Position numbers and translations under genes: made by a program. A stretch of 40,764 bases of DNA from Octopus bimaculoides. Taxonomy: Eukaryota. Shown here piece after piece: positions 12,154 through 22,440 of the stretch (its first letter is position 1; each line of letters starts with the position of its first letter). The DNA lies in the NCBI RefSeq assembly GCF_001194135.2, contig NC_068995.1, forward strand, positions 21,116,570-21,157,333, written 5' to 3'. The notes under the pieces are model-generated. The model searched no databases and was not told the DNA's origin. It saw nothing but the letters and a program-made list of their open reading frames with translations.

Positions 12154-13403
12154 AATATATATACGATGGCAACAGGGAAGACACGAGTTAGCCATTCACA
12201 AGCACAAAATCTCTTAATCTCATTTAAACATCTTTTGTTTGTAATATGGTTTCAGAGTTTACATAAAAAAAACACATTTTCACGGTTTCACACTATTGAA
12301 CAAGTCCTGGCGAAATTATTTAAAAGGTTCTGTCTCCAAGCAAACTGCACACATTCTAATCTAAGCCCACAAACTTATATACAGACATAAATATATATTT
12401 CTATGTTAGCAAGTTCATGACTCATTTTTTTTCAAAAATATTTCTGATTCAATTTTTAAAATAAAATTTTATCAGTATTTTTACACATGAGTATATACAC
12501 ACTTTTTATAAATGCACCACTTTCAAATCGTAGAATACCGAGGTTTAAAAAAGAATTGAAGAAACATTTATAAACATATAGTGTGCAATTTCTGCCTCCA
12601 TAATACATAAAGGTTAAAATTTCTACATATTAATCGAATCCCTTATAGAACAATGAACCTCTGAGAGAAACATACAAACTGGCAACCTATACACCTACCC
12701 ACATCATCTTGTGAACTTCAAAGCACAAGATAAACACATCTTTATACTAACAACACCATGACATGCCAGACTAATCCCCACCTTCTGAACACAAACAGGA
12801 AAAACCGTAGATAGCAACAACAATAAAAATTAAACTCTGACTATATCCTACCACTTGTATTCTTTTGCGAATCCTTAAAAATTCCATTAGAAAAATTTAA
12901 CCCTCCCAAATACTAGGTCGTTAAATACTGGACTATAATATAGAACTGCTGATCTTTATATTAAGAAAGCAAAATATTAAATCCTATTACACCAAAAAAT
13001 ACCTAAAACTACCGGCACATACTATCTACGTCCTTTTTCTAAACCACTGAAAACAACCCTTTACAAAGTTCATGAATAAAATCTAAACAATAACACAAAA
13101 ATCAAATTTTATCAATAAAATCTCCAAATCACCTCTCTATCACAACCGAACCTACAACCTAATTATCATCCCACTCGAATCCACATGACCAAGGAATATT
13201 TTAACTCTAGGTTAAGTTCAACGCCTTGCAGTTCGACAATAGCTTAACTGCCTGAAACTTCGAAGTCACTGTCAAAAATATTTTTGCTGAAGAATAATAA
13301 ATTTATACTCTACAAAATTATAGAGTAACCCATCAGGTTAACGTAAAATTACTTTTATTATAACTGAACATAAAAACAAACATTAATATGCATTCATATA
13401 TAT

Positions 13404-13459
13404 AGGAGGCAAGCACCCCGGACAAACTGCTCAGTAGCCTTTCGTCCGTCTTTATGTTC
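13404..13459 (+). mobile_element. SINE family A, 5' fragment
   Basis: AGCACCCCGGACAAACTGCTCAGTAGCCTTTCGTCCGTCTTTATGTTCT, broken just before the B box. Confidence 0.7.
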
Positions 13460-13461
13460 TT

Positions 13462-13645
13462 AAGGCAGCGAATTGGTGGAACTGCTAGCACGCCGGTCAA
13501 AATGAATAGCGACATTTGGTCCGTCTTTACGTTCTGGGTAGAAATTCCGATGAGGTTTACTTTGCCATTCATCCTTTCGGGTCCAGGAAATCAACTTAAC
13601 CCATCCCATGGAATTACTGGCCTTGTGCCAAATCCAAAATCAATA
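13462..13645 (+). mobile_element. SINE family A with internal deletion
   Basis: AAGGCAGCGAATTGG...GCTAGCACGCCGG...GTCCGTCTTTACGTTCTG...TTCATCCTTTCGGG...CTGGCCTTGTGCCAAA. Confidence 0.85.
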
Positions 13646-13649
13646 TTTT

Positions 13650-13863
13650 AAGCCGGCAACCTGGCAGAATCGTTATGACGCTGGGGAAAATGGCTAGCAG
13701 CATTTAGTCCGTCTTTATGTTCTGAGTTTCAATTCTACCGAGGTCGAATTTACCTTTGATCCTTTCGGGGACGATAAAATAAGTACCAGTTGAACACTCT
13801 GGGGCCAATGTAATCGATTCAACTTCTCTTCTAAAATTGCTGGATTGTACCAAAATTTGAAAC
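13650..13863 (+). mobile_element. SINE family A, full length
   Basis: A-box-like TGGCAGAATCG, B-box-like GAGTTTCAATTC, GATAAAATAAGTACCAGTTGAACAC, tail TTGCTGGATTGTACCAAAATTTGAAAC running into (CA)n. Confidence 0.9.
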
Positions 13864-13878
13864 ACACACACACACACC

Positions 13879-13909
<31 letters not shown>

Positions 13910-14097
13910 NNNNNNNNNNNNNNNNNNNNNNNNNNNNNNNNNNNNNNNNNNNNNNNNNNNNNNNNNNNNNNNNNNNNNNNNNNNNNNNNNNNNNNNNNNN
14001 NNNNNNNNNNNNNNNNNNNNNNNNNNNNNNNNNNNNNNNNNNNNNNNNNNNNNNNNNNNNNNNNNNNNNNNNNNNNNNNNNNNNNNNNNNNNNNNNN

Positions 14098-14135
<38 letters not shown>

Positions 14136-14952
14136 GAGAGAGGGAGAGGGAGAGAGAGAGAAATACGTACATATATGTATGACATTTGCCATTTTGTATT
14201 CGCTGTTACAGAATGCACACACCAAACAAATTAAACTGAGCGTGCTGTCGAGAACGTTAATACTTAACCCTACATTTTCTGTAATAAACTTACATATTGC
14301 TATGCACTGTTCAACCAATAACAGAACCTGGACATTTATATTTATGAAAAATGTTCTCCGATATTGCGGAGTGTAAGTGCTGGTACTACATAAAGCGTTG
14401 ACAGATACTATCTCAATGTGTCATGAAATACACTGACATAAAGTCACCAAAATAAATGTATGCTTTCTTTTATGTGCATGGCGATTCCATGGCTTTGTAA
14501 TGGATTCACCGTCCATGGTTGTAAATATAGATGTTGTAATATATGGCATTGCTGCTATTGTTAACATCGAGGATGATATTAATATACAGTGATACATATC
14601 AACCACGTTCTCAATGTTATTTTGTTGTTCAGGTACATAGTATTATGTCGAAAAACGCTTTTTGTGACAATTTATTTGTCGTTGAGTTGATGTTGGTTGA
14701 TATAAAATGTTAAATGAAATAAATACTGGATTGGTACAAATTGTTGTTGTTGCTGATATTGTTGTAATTATGGTAACATTATTGTAGGTTGTCATTGGTG
14801 CATTTCTGTTGCTAATATTGAGCAGAAACTGCAGCAGAAAAAATGGCCGACTACCGGCGAGTTTCATACAATTTCCAGTGTCAGTTAATGCAAGTTCACC
14901 CAGGCAGTAAATGTTCTTTGAAAAGCAGGAATCTTGCTGTTTCCGATTTCTA

Positions 14953-15016
<64 letters not shown>
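14953..15016. repeat. (ACT)n microsatellite
   Basis: Directly visible. Confidence 0.96.
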
Positions 15017-15229
15017 GGAAGTGGTTGCGTCAGTCAATGTGAAATCACTATTTGTAAAAGATGTTATATATAATGGTTTAATATTGTACTATTTTGTTAG
15101 ATTTTTTGAAGAACTTTGTTGTATAACTGTTGTTGTTGCTGTTGTATTAGTGACGGTGGTGGAGGTGGTGGTGGTGGTAACCTGGTTTCAGATCATCTCT
15201 GGTTGTATTGATATATGACCAACTTTATT

Positions 15230-15800
15230 GATATTTCCCAGTGAATTGTTGCTGAATGCTTATTCAGACCGGCACTTTGGTTTGAGTATAACTTCCTCCT
15301 TTTCTCACACCATTATAATATACTCAATAAACTACCCTCCAGTTTCCAACAACATTATAGATTTTGAACAATTACATAAGACTTTTTTTTCAATCCTTAA
15401 CCCACCAGGTGTATTCAATGTTATAATTTTAGAATGAGTGTGATGAAATTTGTGTTATATCTTGTTATTGCGTTTGTTTCGTTGCTTCTTGCTTGTTTGC
15501 AGTGTCACTGTTCTTTATTACCAATGCATTTATAACTTTGGCAGATGAGTGTGTAGTATATGTCAGGCTGTGTGAGCCGTATTACTGAATTGAAAGAATA
15601 AGGCATAGAATATTGTCTCCATATCCGCCATACTGCCTCATAATAATATTTTAATAGCTATTTGCTAGTCTTCCATACGATTTATGGCTAACAGAGTGCA
15701 TAAGGTAATTGTACTACCTGGATAGTTCAACACAATCATTTTGTCAATCTGCAGAGTCAGTTCCTAGCGTATTATGATGACCATGTCATTGTCGAATATC
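15230..15800 (-). mobile_element. Possible very old RTE/CR1-like LINE RT remnant
   Basis: Minus-strand peptides 'AIFDNDMVII' (compare LFADDMV), 'VLNYPGSTIT' (compare F.YLGSTIT) and 'YGSHSLT...AKVINAL' (compare LYGSE.WT...KLNAF) occur in the expected order; many stops. Confidence 0.35.
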
Positions 15801-16025
15801 GCATTTAATGTGTACTTATTCTATATATTCTCAGTATTTATTTCGGGATAAAAAATTAGGATAATATGTTATAAACACATGTTAATTTTAAAAGCACGTT
15901 AAATAATTCACAGGGCTAATTAGCAAGTTGTGTCTTTGGATATATTCTGTCCGCGAATGGACTGAATAATGAGAAATGACATAGTTAAGCAAATGTATCG
16001 TGGAAGAACCAATTTAACAATCTAA

Positions 16026-16084
<59 letters not shown>

Positions 16085-16181
16085 AGTGATTAAATCGACA
16101 GGGTTATAGATTTGCTTGACTAGAATTTCAACATGTCAGGAAATAAATGTAAAGTAGCTTTATTATATTGTATATGTTATT

Positions 16182-16322
16182 AGGGCGGCGAGGTGGCATT
16201 AATGTTCTGAGTTCAAATTACGCTGAAATCGACGTTATGATTCATCCGGTCATGATGTCGATACATTCGACTTAACCACTCCCACGAAACTGCTGGCCTT
16301 GTGCCAAAATTTGAAACCAATA
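16182..16322 (+). mobile_element. SINE family A, doubly deleted
   Basis: GGGCGGCGAGGTGGCA, GTTCTGAGTTCAAATTACGC, tail AACTGCTGGCCTTGTGCCAAAATTTGAAACCAATA. Confidence 0.85.
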
Positions 16323-16663
16323 TATTATATATTTTACTGTTTGGCTCTTCCACCAGGGAATTTCTTTGGATCGAGTCTCTGTGAGACAAACATGACGCCA
16401 AATTAATGCTGCCGATTGCTTATACATATTGCATAAAATTTTATCCGACAGTTTCGATGATGAACATTCGATCATTCAAGCAACTGCGCTATCTGCTCGT
16501 TTAATAAATGAGTTCTTAATTAAATATTCCAAAAACACAGGTAAATTTGAAGTAGATTTCAGACAGAATCAGTATATTAGAGCTTCGGTTCATGCAAATG
16601 GTATCCATAGAATTTCTGTCTATTTAATTTGAGCCACAAGGATTGAGTCAACTTGAGGCTATG

Positions 16664-16858
<195 letters not shown>

Positions 16859-17578
16859 ATAGAGATAATATTATCTTTATCTTATGATATTTACTTTGTT
16901 TTATATTATACTCATTTATTGTGCTTTTAATTGTTAATTTTTCTATATGTGATAGNNNNNNNNNNNNNNNNNNNNNNNNNNNNNNNNNNNNNNNNNNNNN
17001 NNNNNNNNNNNNNNNNNNNNNNNNNNNNNNNNNNNNNNNNNNNNNNNNNNNNNNNNNNNNNNNNNNNNNNNNNNNNNNNNNNNNNNNNNNNNNNNNNNNN
17101 NNNNNNNNNNNNNNNNNNNNNNNNNNNNNNNNNNNNNNNNNNNNNNNNNNNNNNNNNNNNNNNNNNNNNNNNNNNNNNNNNNNNNNNNNNNNNNNNNNNN
17201 NNNNNNNNNNNNNNNNNNNNNNNNNNNNNNNNNNNNNNNNNNNNNNNNNNNNNNNNNNNNNNNNNNNNNNNNNNNNNNNNNNNNNNNNNNNNNNNNNNNN
17301 NNNNNNNNNNNNNNNNNNNNNNNNNNNNNNNNNNNNNNNNNNNNNNNNNNNNNNNNNNNNNNNNNNNNNNNNNNNNNNNNNNNNNNNNNNNNNNNNNNNN
17401 NNNNNNNNNNNNNNNNNNNNNNNNNNNNNNNNNNNNNNNNNNNNNNNNNNNNNNNNNNNNNNNNNNNNNNNNNNNNNNNNNNNNNNNNNNNNNNNNNNNN
17501 NNNNNNNNNNNNNNNNNNNNNNNNNNNNNNNNNNNNNNNNNNNNNNNNNNNNNNNNNNNNNNNNNNNNNNNNNNNNNN

Positions 17579-17880
17579 GGCCGACCAATGCCTTGTGAGT
17601 GGATTTGGTAGACGGAAACTGAAAGAAGCCTGTCGTATATGTGTATATATGTATATGTATGTGTGTATGTGTTTGTATGTCTGTGTTTGTCCACCCAACA
17701 TCGCTTGACAACCGATGCTGGTGTGTTTATGTCCCCGTAACTTAGCGGTTCGGCAAAAGAGACCGAAAGAATGAGTACTAGGCTTTCAAAGAATAAGTCC
17801 TGGGGTCGATTTGCTCGACTAAAGGCGGTGCTCCAGCATGGCCACAGTCAAAAGACTGAAACAAGTAAAAGAGTAAAAGA
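17579..17880 (+). mobile_element. SINE family B, best-preserved copy (head lost in gap)
   Basis: GCCTTGTGAGTGGATTTGGTAGACGGAAACTGAAAGAAGCCTGTCG-(TA/TG)n-...GTAACTTAGCGGTTCGGCAAAAGAGACCG...GGCGGTGCTCCAGCATGGCCACAGTC; ends in a tandem GTAAAAGA-GTAAAAGA tail, as expected for a LINE-mobilised SINE. Confidence 0.93.
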
Positions 17881-18574
17881 TATATATATATATATATCGT
17901 CCACACAATGAATACACTCTCAGACACACTTATTGTGGACGTTGTTTACGAGCGAGATGTTACAACCGTAGCTGATTCTTGAATTACTTCAAATCTGTGT
18001 ATATATGTTAACACGATTCATGACATTTACTAATAGTCTCTTTCATCGTTTTGATAAGCCTTTAACCTTTCATTAATAAAACTGTCGGCATTTTTGACAT
18101 CACGGGTATGCTAGAAATAACAAGAAACGCTTATTCAAGACGCGACGCAGAACGTTGAGCGCAAGTCCTCACCATTCCGAAGCGAATTTAACCATTCGTC
18201 TATAATTGCATAGTCAACCATTGACGTTAGCTTTTTTGTTTTATGATATTAATTTGGTAGCTTTTGTGGTTAAGCATTGATCTTTTGCAGTAAAAAAAAA
18301 TCAAAACTTCTGCTTCAGCCTTTAGTCCAGAGCTTTGAGCTATTGTTTATTTTCATACCGGCTCACTTCCTATCTGTCCAGTCTTGCAGAATACTGAATA
18401 TTGAGAGGTTTTTCGCTCTATTTTGGTTTCCGTATTTTTTAGAGTTCCGCTTTCATTTTGTTTTGTTTTGTTTTTCTTTTTTTCTCTACTTTCAATATAT
18501 TTTTCTTCTGTTTTGTCCTCATCAAAATATTTTCTTTCAGACTCCTTATATTCTAGTTTGTTTTCTAACCTTTT

Positions 18575-18630
<56 letters not shown>

Positions 18631-18720
18631 TATCATCATCCTCTTCTCCCTCCTCCTCCTCATCATCATTGATAATGGTATGACTAATATACTGTTGTTG
18701 TTGGTGGTGGTGGTGGTGAT
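18575..18720. repeat. (ATC)n/(CCT)n/(GTT)n/(GGT)n compound trinucleotide array
   Basis: Directly visible; source of the poly-H/poly-S ORFs. Confidence 0.93.
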
Positions 18721-19097
18721 GTTACTGATGATGTTGATGAAGAGGACAGTGAACAAATGCCACGTGCACAGCTGTCTTTAATGTTTCATGTCTGACAGAC
18801 ATAACAAGTGGATTTGCACCAAATGCGTTTGATATTGTTGTTGTTGATATTGCTGATACAACTGACACAATGTTGAAAACAATGCCGACGGCAGAGGTGG
18901 GCATGCGGTGGTGAATATGACCCATCTTCTGGCCGTAGCTAATAATGTTGTAGTTGCTGGTTTTTCTCCGTCTTCTATTTTTTTTTTTTTGTCTTTGTAT
19001 TAGTTTTCGTTCTTTTAATGTCTGGTATATCGACTAATATTTATTGTTCCACCACCCACTCACACGCATCTTTGTATTTTACGAGTGCAACTGAGAC

Positions 19098-19098
19098 T

Positions 19099-19189
<91 letters not shown>

Positions 19190-19222
19190 TAATAATAATA
19201 GTGCTGTTGCTGCTGCTGCTAG
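19098..19222. repeat. (ACT)n-(AAT)n-(GCT)n compound array
   Basis: Directly visible; source of the poly-L/poly-I ORF. Confidence 0.95.
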
Positions 19223-19298
19223 TGATCCTGCCGCTGCTAATGATGACGGTCACGAGGTTGTTGCTCATCATATTTGTATTAATATAAAAAAATTAGCT

Positions 19299-19472
19299 GT
19301 TCCAAATGTTGACACAAAGCCAGCCGTTAGGGAGCAGGGTGCCAATGACATCGACCCCAGTATTGGCTGCTACTTTATCTAAGACACTTGCCCAAGGCGG
19401 CACGCAGTGGGACTGAATCTGGAACCATGTGGTTGGTAAGCAAGCTACTTACCAGACAGCCACTCTTACGCC
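19299..19472 (-). mobile_element. Chimeric SINE: family B head joined to family A 3' end
   Basis: 19381-19472 is a B head ending at GGCAAGTGTCTT. 19299-19380 reads AGATAAAGTAGC...CTGGGGTCGATGTC...GCTGGCTTTGTGTCAACATTTGGAAC, which is an A-type tail. Confidence 0.75.
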
Positions 19473-19504
19473 TATACGCTCGTTAACTTAATAACAATAA
19501 TTCT

Positions 19505-19794
19505 TCCAGTTATAAGTACGGAGCGTATAGTAGATATAATCGATCACGAGTCCATTCGATTAGATCGACCTTAGTTTTCCACTAAGGTCAGACACGTGTA
19601 CCCTTAACATATTCCTCAGTGTAATTCAGCGTTACCCAGAATATGAGAAGGTTAGCCATATTTGTCAGCTGAGAGCAGTGGAGCAAAGGGAAATGAGGTG
19701 CTTCGCTCACGGACACAACGCTCCGGCGGGAATAGAACTTTCGACCGTACTATCATGAGCTTAATACACTAGTCACTAAGCCACGCGGCTTCAC
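19505..19794 (-). mobile_element. tRNA-derived SINE, family C, with CORE-like block
   Basis: Minus strand GTGAAGCCGCGTGGCTTAGTGA (A box)...AAGTTCTATTCCCGCC (B box)...GTTGTGTCCGTGAGCGAAGCACCTCATTTC...CAGCTGACAAATATGG; body ATGTTAAGGGTACACGTGTCTG. Confidence 0.75.
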
Positions 19795-19876
19795 TACATA
19801 GATGCATGCATAAATACACCCAACAAAGCATCCATCCATTTATCTATCCATCTGTCCATACAGTCATTCATTCATA

Positions 19877-20042
19877 CTCACCTACCTACCTACCTACCTA
19901 CCTACCTACCTACCTACCTACCTACCTACCTACCTACCAACCAACCTACCTACCAACCTACCTACTTACCTGCCTAACTACTAACTAACTAAATAAATAC
20001 ATACATACATACATACATACATACATGCATACATGCATACAT
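19877..20042. repeat. (CCTA)n/(ACTA)n/(ACAT)n compound tetranucleotide array
   Basis: Directly visible. Confidence 0.93.
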
Positions 20043-20052
20043 AAATGAATGT

Positions 20053-20245
20053 CTAGATAAGCTTAGGTTTTCAAAACAAGAGAAAACTAACCTACTGACT
20101 TGAACATTACAAATACAATCTGTAAGCTGAACAGCGAAACTTTGTAAGACTTGTGACAGTTTTTATTATCTACATTCCAATGATGGAGCTTTGTCTCTTT
20201 GTTAGGAGCCACTTCTTTCTTTGGAGGAAAAATTAAAATGATTAA
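20053..20245 (+). mobile_element. RLE-type (R4/Dong-like) LINE 3' end, older copy
   Basis: Translates LDK/LGF...LQIQSVS*TAKLCKT; its 3' region ATTCCAATGATGGAG...GTTAGGAGCCACTTCTTTCT aligns with 20590-20670. Confidence 0.6.
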
Positions 20246-20326
20246 AAACAGAAGACAAACACACACACGCACACACACACTTATACATACATACATCCAT
20301 ACATCCATACATCCATACATACATAG

Positions 20327-20674
20327 GGATATGTAACACGCTGCCTAAATACCAATCTTGAGATATTAGGCTTCTCAAAACCAGAAAAGAGAAGGCTAAT
20401 TCGAAGACTTCAGATCCACTCCATCACTGGAACTGTAAAAATCTGCTAAAATTTCCAGAAGTTTATCATTTAAATATATATGAGCATGTCTAGATATGCA
20501 ACTATATGCATGAGAATACATACATAAAACATAGAAATCTGCACACACATACATACATACATACAAACATATCATGTTGTTGATGTTGCAATTCCAATGA
20601 CGGAGACTTGGATGTTGGTTAGGAACCGTTTCTTTCTCTATTGGCAAGAAATCTTGAAATGAACTGAATAATGA
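20327..20674 (+). mobile_element. RLE-type (R4/Dong-like) LINE 3' end, 5'-truncated
   Basis: 20327-20473 reads GYVTRCLNTNLEILGFSKPEKRRLIRRLQIHSITGTVKIC*NFQKFII*, fitting the R4-clade C-terminus after the GALG motif (..LG...LQ...I.GT..I...F). A 3' UTR follows; flanked by (TACA)n. Confidence 0.65.
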
Positions 20675-20690
20675 TATACATGCGTACATA

Positions 20691-20804
20691 CATTTACATT
20701 ATTTACATTTGACGGATATTTGTCCTCATCTTGTTTGAAGTTAACGTTTCGGCCTTCATCTTGGTGTTAGTAGCTCGCGCTCATAATCACTACGCCATAT
20801 GCCC
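20691..20804 (-). ncRNA. tRNA-like head plus degenerate hammerhead-ribozyme core and tandem tail
   Basis: Minus strand GGGCATATGGCGTAGTGATTATGAGCGCGAG-CTACTAA-CACC-AAGATGA-A-GGCC-GAAACGTT...GAGGACAAATATCCGTCAAATGTAAATAATGTAAATG. Contains an A-box-like motif, a 7-nt anticodon-type loop and a CUGAUGA/GAAAC-like core with collapsed stem II. Confidence 0.5.
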
Positions 20805-20833
20805 GTGGGCAATTATGAAGTGAATTTTAGAGC

Positions 20834-21270
20834 TTATAAATCTAATATGTTCCCATCCTTCCTTAATACCGGTTTCCATGTGCTATTCATATCTGCTTTC
20901 GGTCTGCTTAGTCGGTTGTTCTGTCCTAGCATATGTGCTGCTTCTTTTAGTTTTCGTATTTTCCAGTGGTGTACTCTGTCTATTATTTTAACTTCATTCC
21001 ATTTTTCCATACATGATGAACTATACCCGATTTGTCAATATCTCCTCGTGTCACAGCTTTGCGATGTTCGTCTACCCTTATTTTGAGGGGGCGACATGTT
21101 TCGCCTTTGTATAACCTACCACAGCTGCATGGGATGGAGTACACGCAGTTCTTGGTCATATTCTCTTCTATTGGTGTTTTTACTCGAAGGAGATATTTGC
21201 AAAGTGTTGTATTACTTTTGAATACCGTCCTGATGTCATTTGTGCCGCATATCTTTTGTAACTTTTCGGA
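20834..21270 (-). mobile_element. Penelope-like element, GIY-YIG endonuclease C-terminal remnant
   Basis: SEKLQKICGTNDIRTVFKS...NCVYSIPCSCGRLYKGETCRPLKIRVDEHRKAV...SGIVHHVW, then a frameshift near 21005 to WNEVKIIDRVHHWKIRKLKEAAHMLGQNNRLSRPKADMNSTWKPVLRK...* (stop at 20834-20836). VY.IPCSCG..Y.GET.R.L..R..EH is the PLE GIY-YIG signature. Confidence 0.92.
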
Positions 21271-21425
21271 TACAAAAGATAGAAAAGATATGCCGCCCAT
21301 ATGATATCAGGGCCGTATTCAAGAAACACTTCGCAAATATCTCTTTCGGGTAAAACCACCAATAGAAGAGAATATGACCAGAAAGTGCGTGTACCCCATC
21401 CCATACAGCTGTAGTAGGTTATACA
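21271..21425 (+). mobile_element. Inverted duplicate of the same PLE GIY-YIG segment
   Basis: TACAAAAGATA...ATGATATCAGGGCCGTATTC...CACCAATAGAAGAGAATATGACCA...AGGTTATACA is the reverse complement of 21108-21260; about 88% identity by hand over 21301-21425. Confidence 0.9.
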
Positions 21426-21429
21426 TTTC

Positions 21430-22440
21430 TACTAATTTCCTGTTGATGATACATTGTACGCTGTTTTGTTTCAATTTTCGTGTATGATTCTGCAATGCTT
21501 CGTCCTCATGTTTTTCCTAATTCTTAAAAGAAGCTTCTAGTTATTGACTTTGCAGTTTGAAGGGGCTCGTCGTTGCATCTATATGTCTCTGTAATGGAGT
21601 CGCCATGCTTACAACCGTTAATAAATCCTGTGTTATATATACAACAATCCCAGTATTTTATTGACTGTTAACCTAAGGCCTTAACCTGTTTGAAACTTTT
21701 GGTATGAACCTATTTATTAAAATGTTTCTAATGCTAGGTGCGCAGCTAAAGGAGAGGCTTGAAAGTTTTATTGTTGGAAGTTTTATTGTAGTTGCGTGCT
21801 TGTAAATATGCTTTTCAACTAATCTCAGGAAGCTTCGGCTTACACAAGTTTTTTAATTAAAAGAAAATAGGTGTTCGAACCACATATCCTAACAATGAAC
21901 TTTTCTCTTAATGCATCTTGATGCTACTTTTGAAACTGCCGGGCATCAACGCCACGTTGCATTACGGGATTTCGAAGTTATCCTTACCGGAAGATAGGTT
22001 AGAGATCCCTCTGCCGGCATCATTCCGGATTTTGAAAACTATGGCCGGAAAGCATGGAGCTGTGTCAATATATATCCTTCTCTCATTTGGTTGAAAGGTT
22101 TAAAGTAGTCTGTATCAAATTCCAACTTAATATCCAAGAAATGAGCAATTTTCAAGTTAGTATATATCGACATATTGAACCCAAAGAAAATAAATGGATC
22201 TGATGGGTAGTTCATGAGTCTATCGGGTTTGTGGTCTTTCACAGTTCATGATAATACCAAGGAACCGTTCGTATAGAGACCAAAGCTAACTGCAAAGAAT
22301 TTTCCTGCTAGTTTGTCTAGAAGATCGTATACCTCATCGGCATATTGAAGGATCGTTCTGGCTCAGTTTGATTGAAAATCGAAAAAGGGATTTCGTGTTT
22401 CCAAACATCCCGTAAAAAACATGTATAACAACTGTTAAAT
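21430..22440 (-). mobile_element. Second, unrelated Penelope-like element (RT-thumb-GIY-YIG), heavily decayed
   Basis: Ordered minus-strand peptides: 'LDKLAGKFFAVSFGLYTNGS' (compare GLYRDDG), 'FGFNMSIYTNLKIAHFLDIKLEFDTDYFKPF', 'MWFEHLFSFN*KTCVSRSFLRLVEKH' (compare IWFNPPFS..VKTN.G..FL.L..KHF), 'LSFSCAPSIRNI', 'TSPFKL...ASFKN*EKH..EALQNH..KLKQN'. Confidence 0.75.

Noticed and set aside
14843-14953. AAAATGGCCGAC start context with a 36-codon ORF
   Set aside because: Short, no homology recognised, ends at a microsatellite.
19567-19589. 9-bp hairpin GACCTTAGT/ACTAAGGTC
   Set aside because: Inside a decayed SINE, with no U-tract or other functional context; not a terminator call in eukaryotic DNA.
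19750-19794. tRNA genes at SINE heads
   Set aside because: Only A/B-box remnants; no complete cloverleaf, and each continues into SINE body.
20983-21300. 105-aa ORF as an intact GIY-YIG gene
   Set aside because: Its start comes from the inverted arm and it frameshifts near 21005; it is a decayed PLE fragment.
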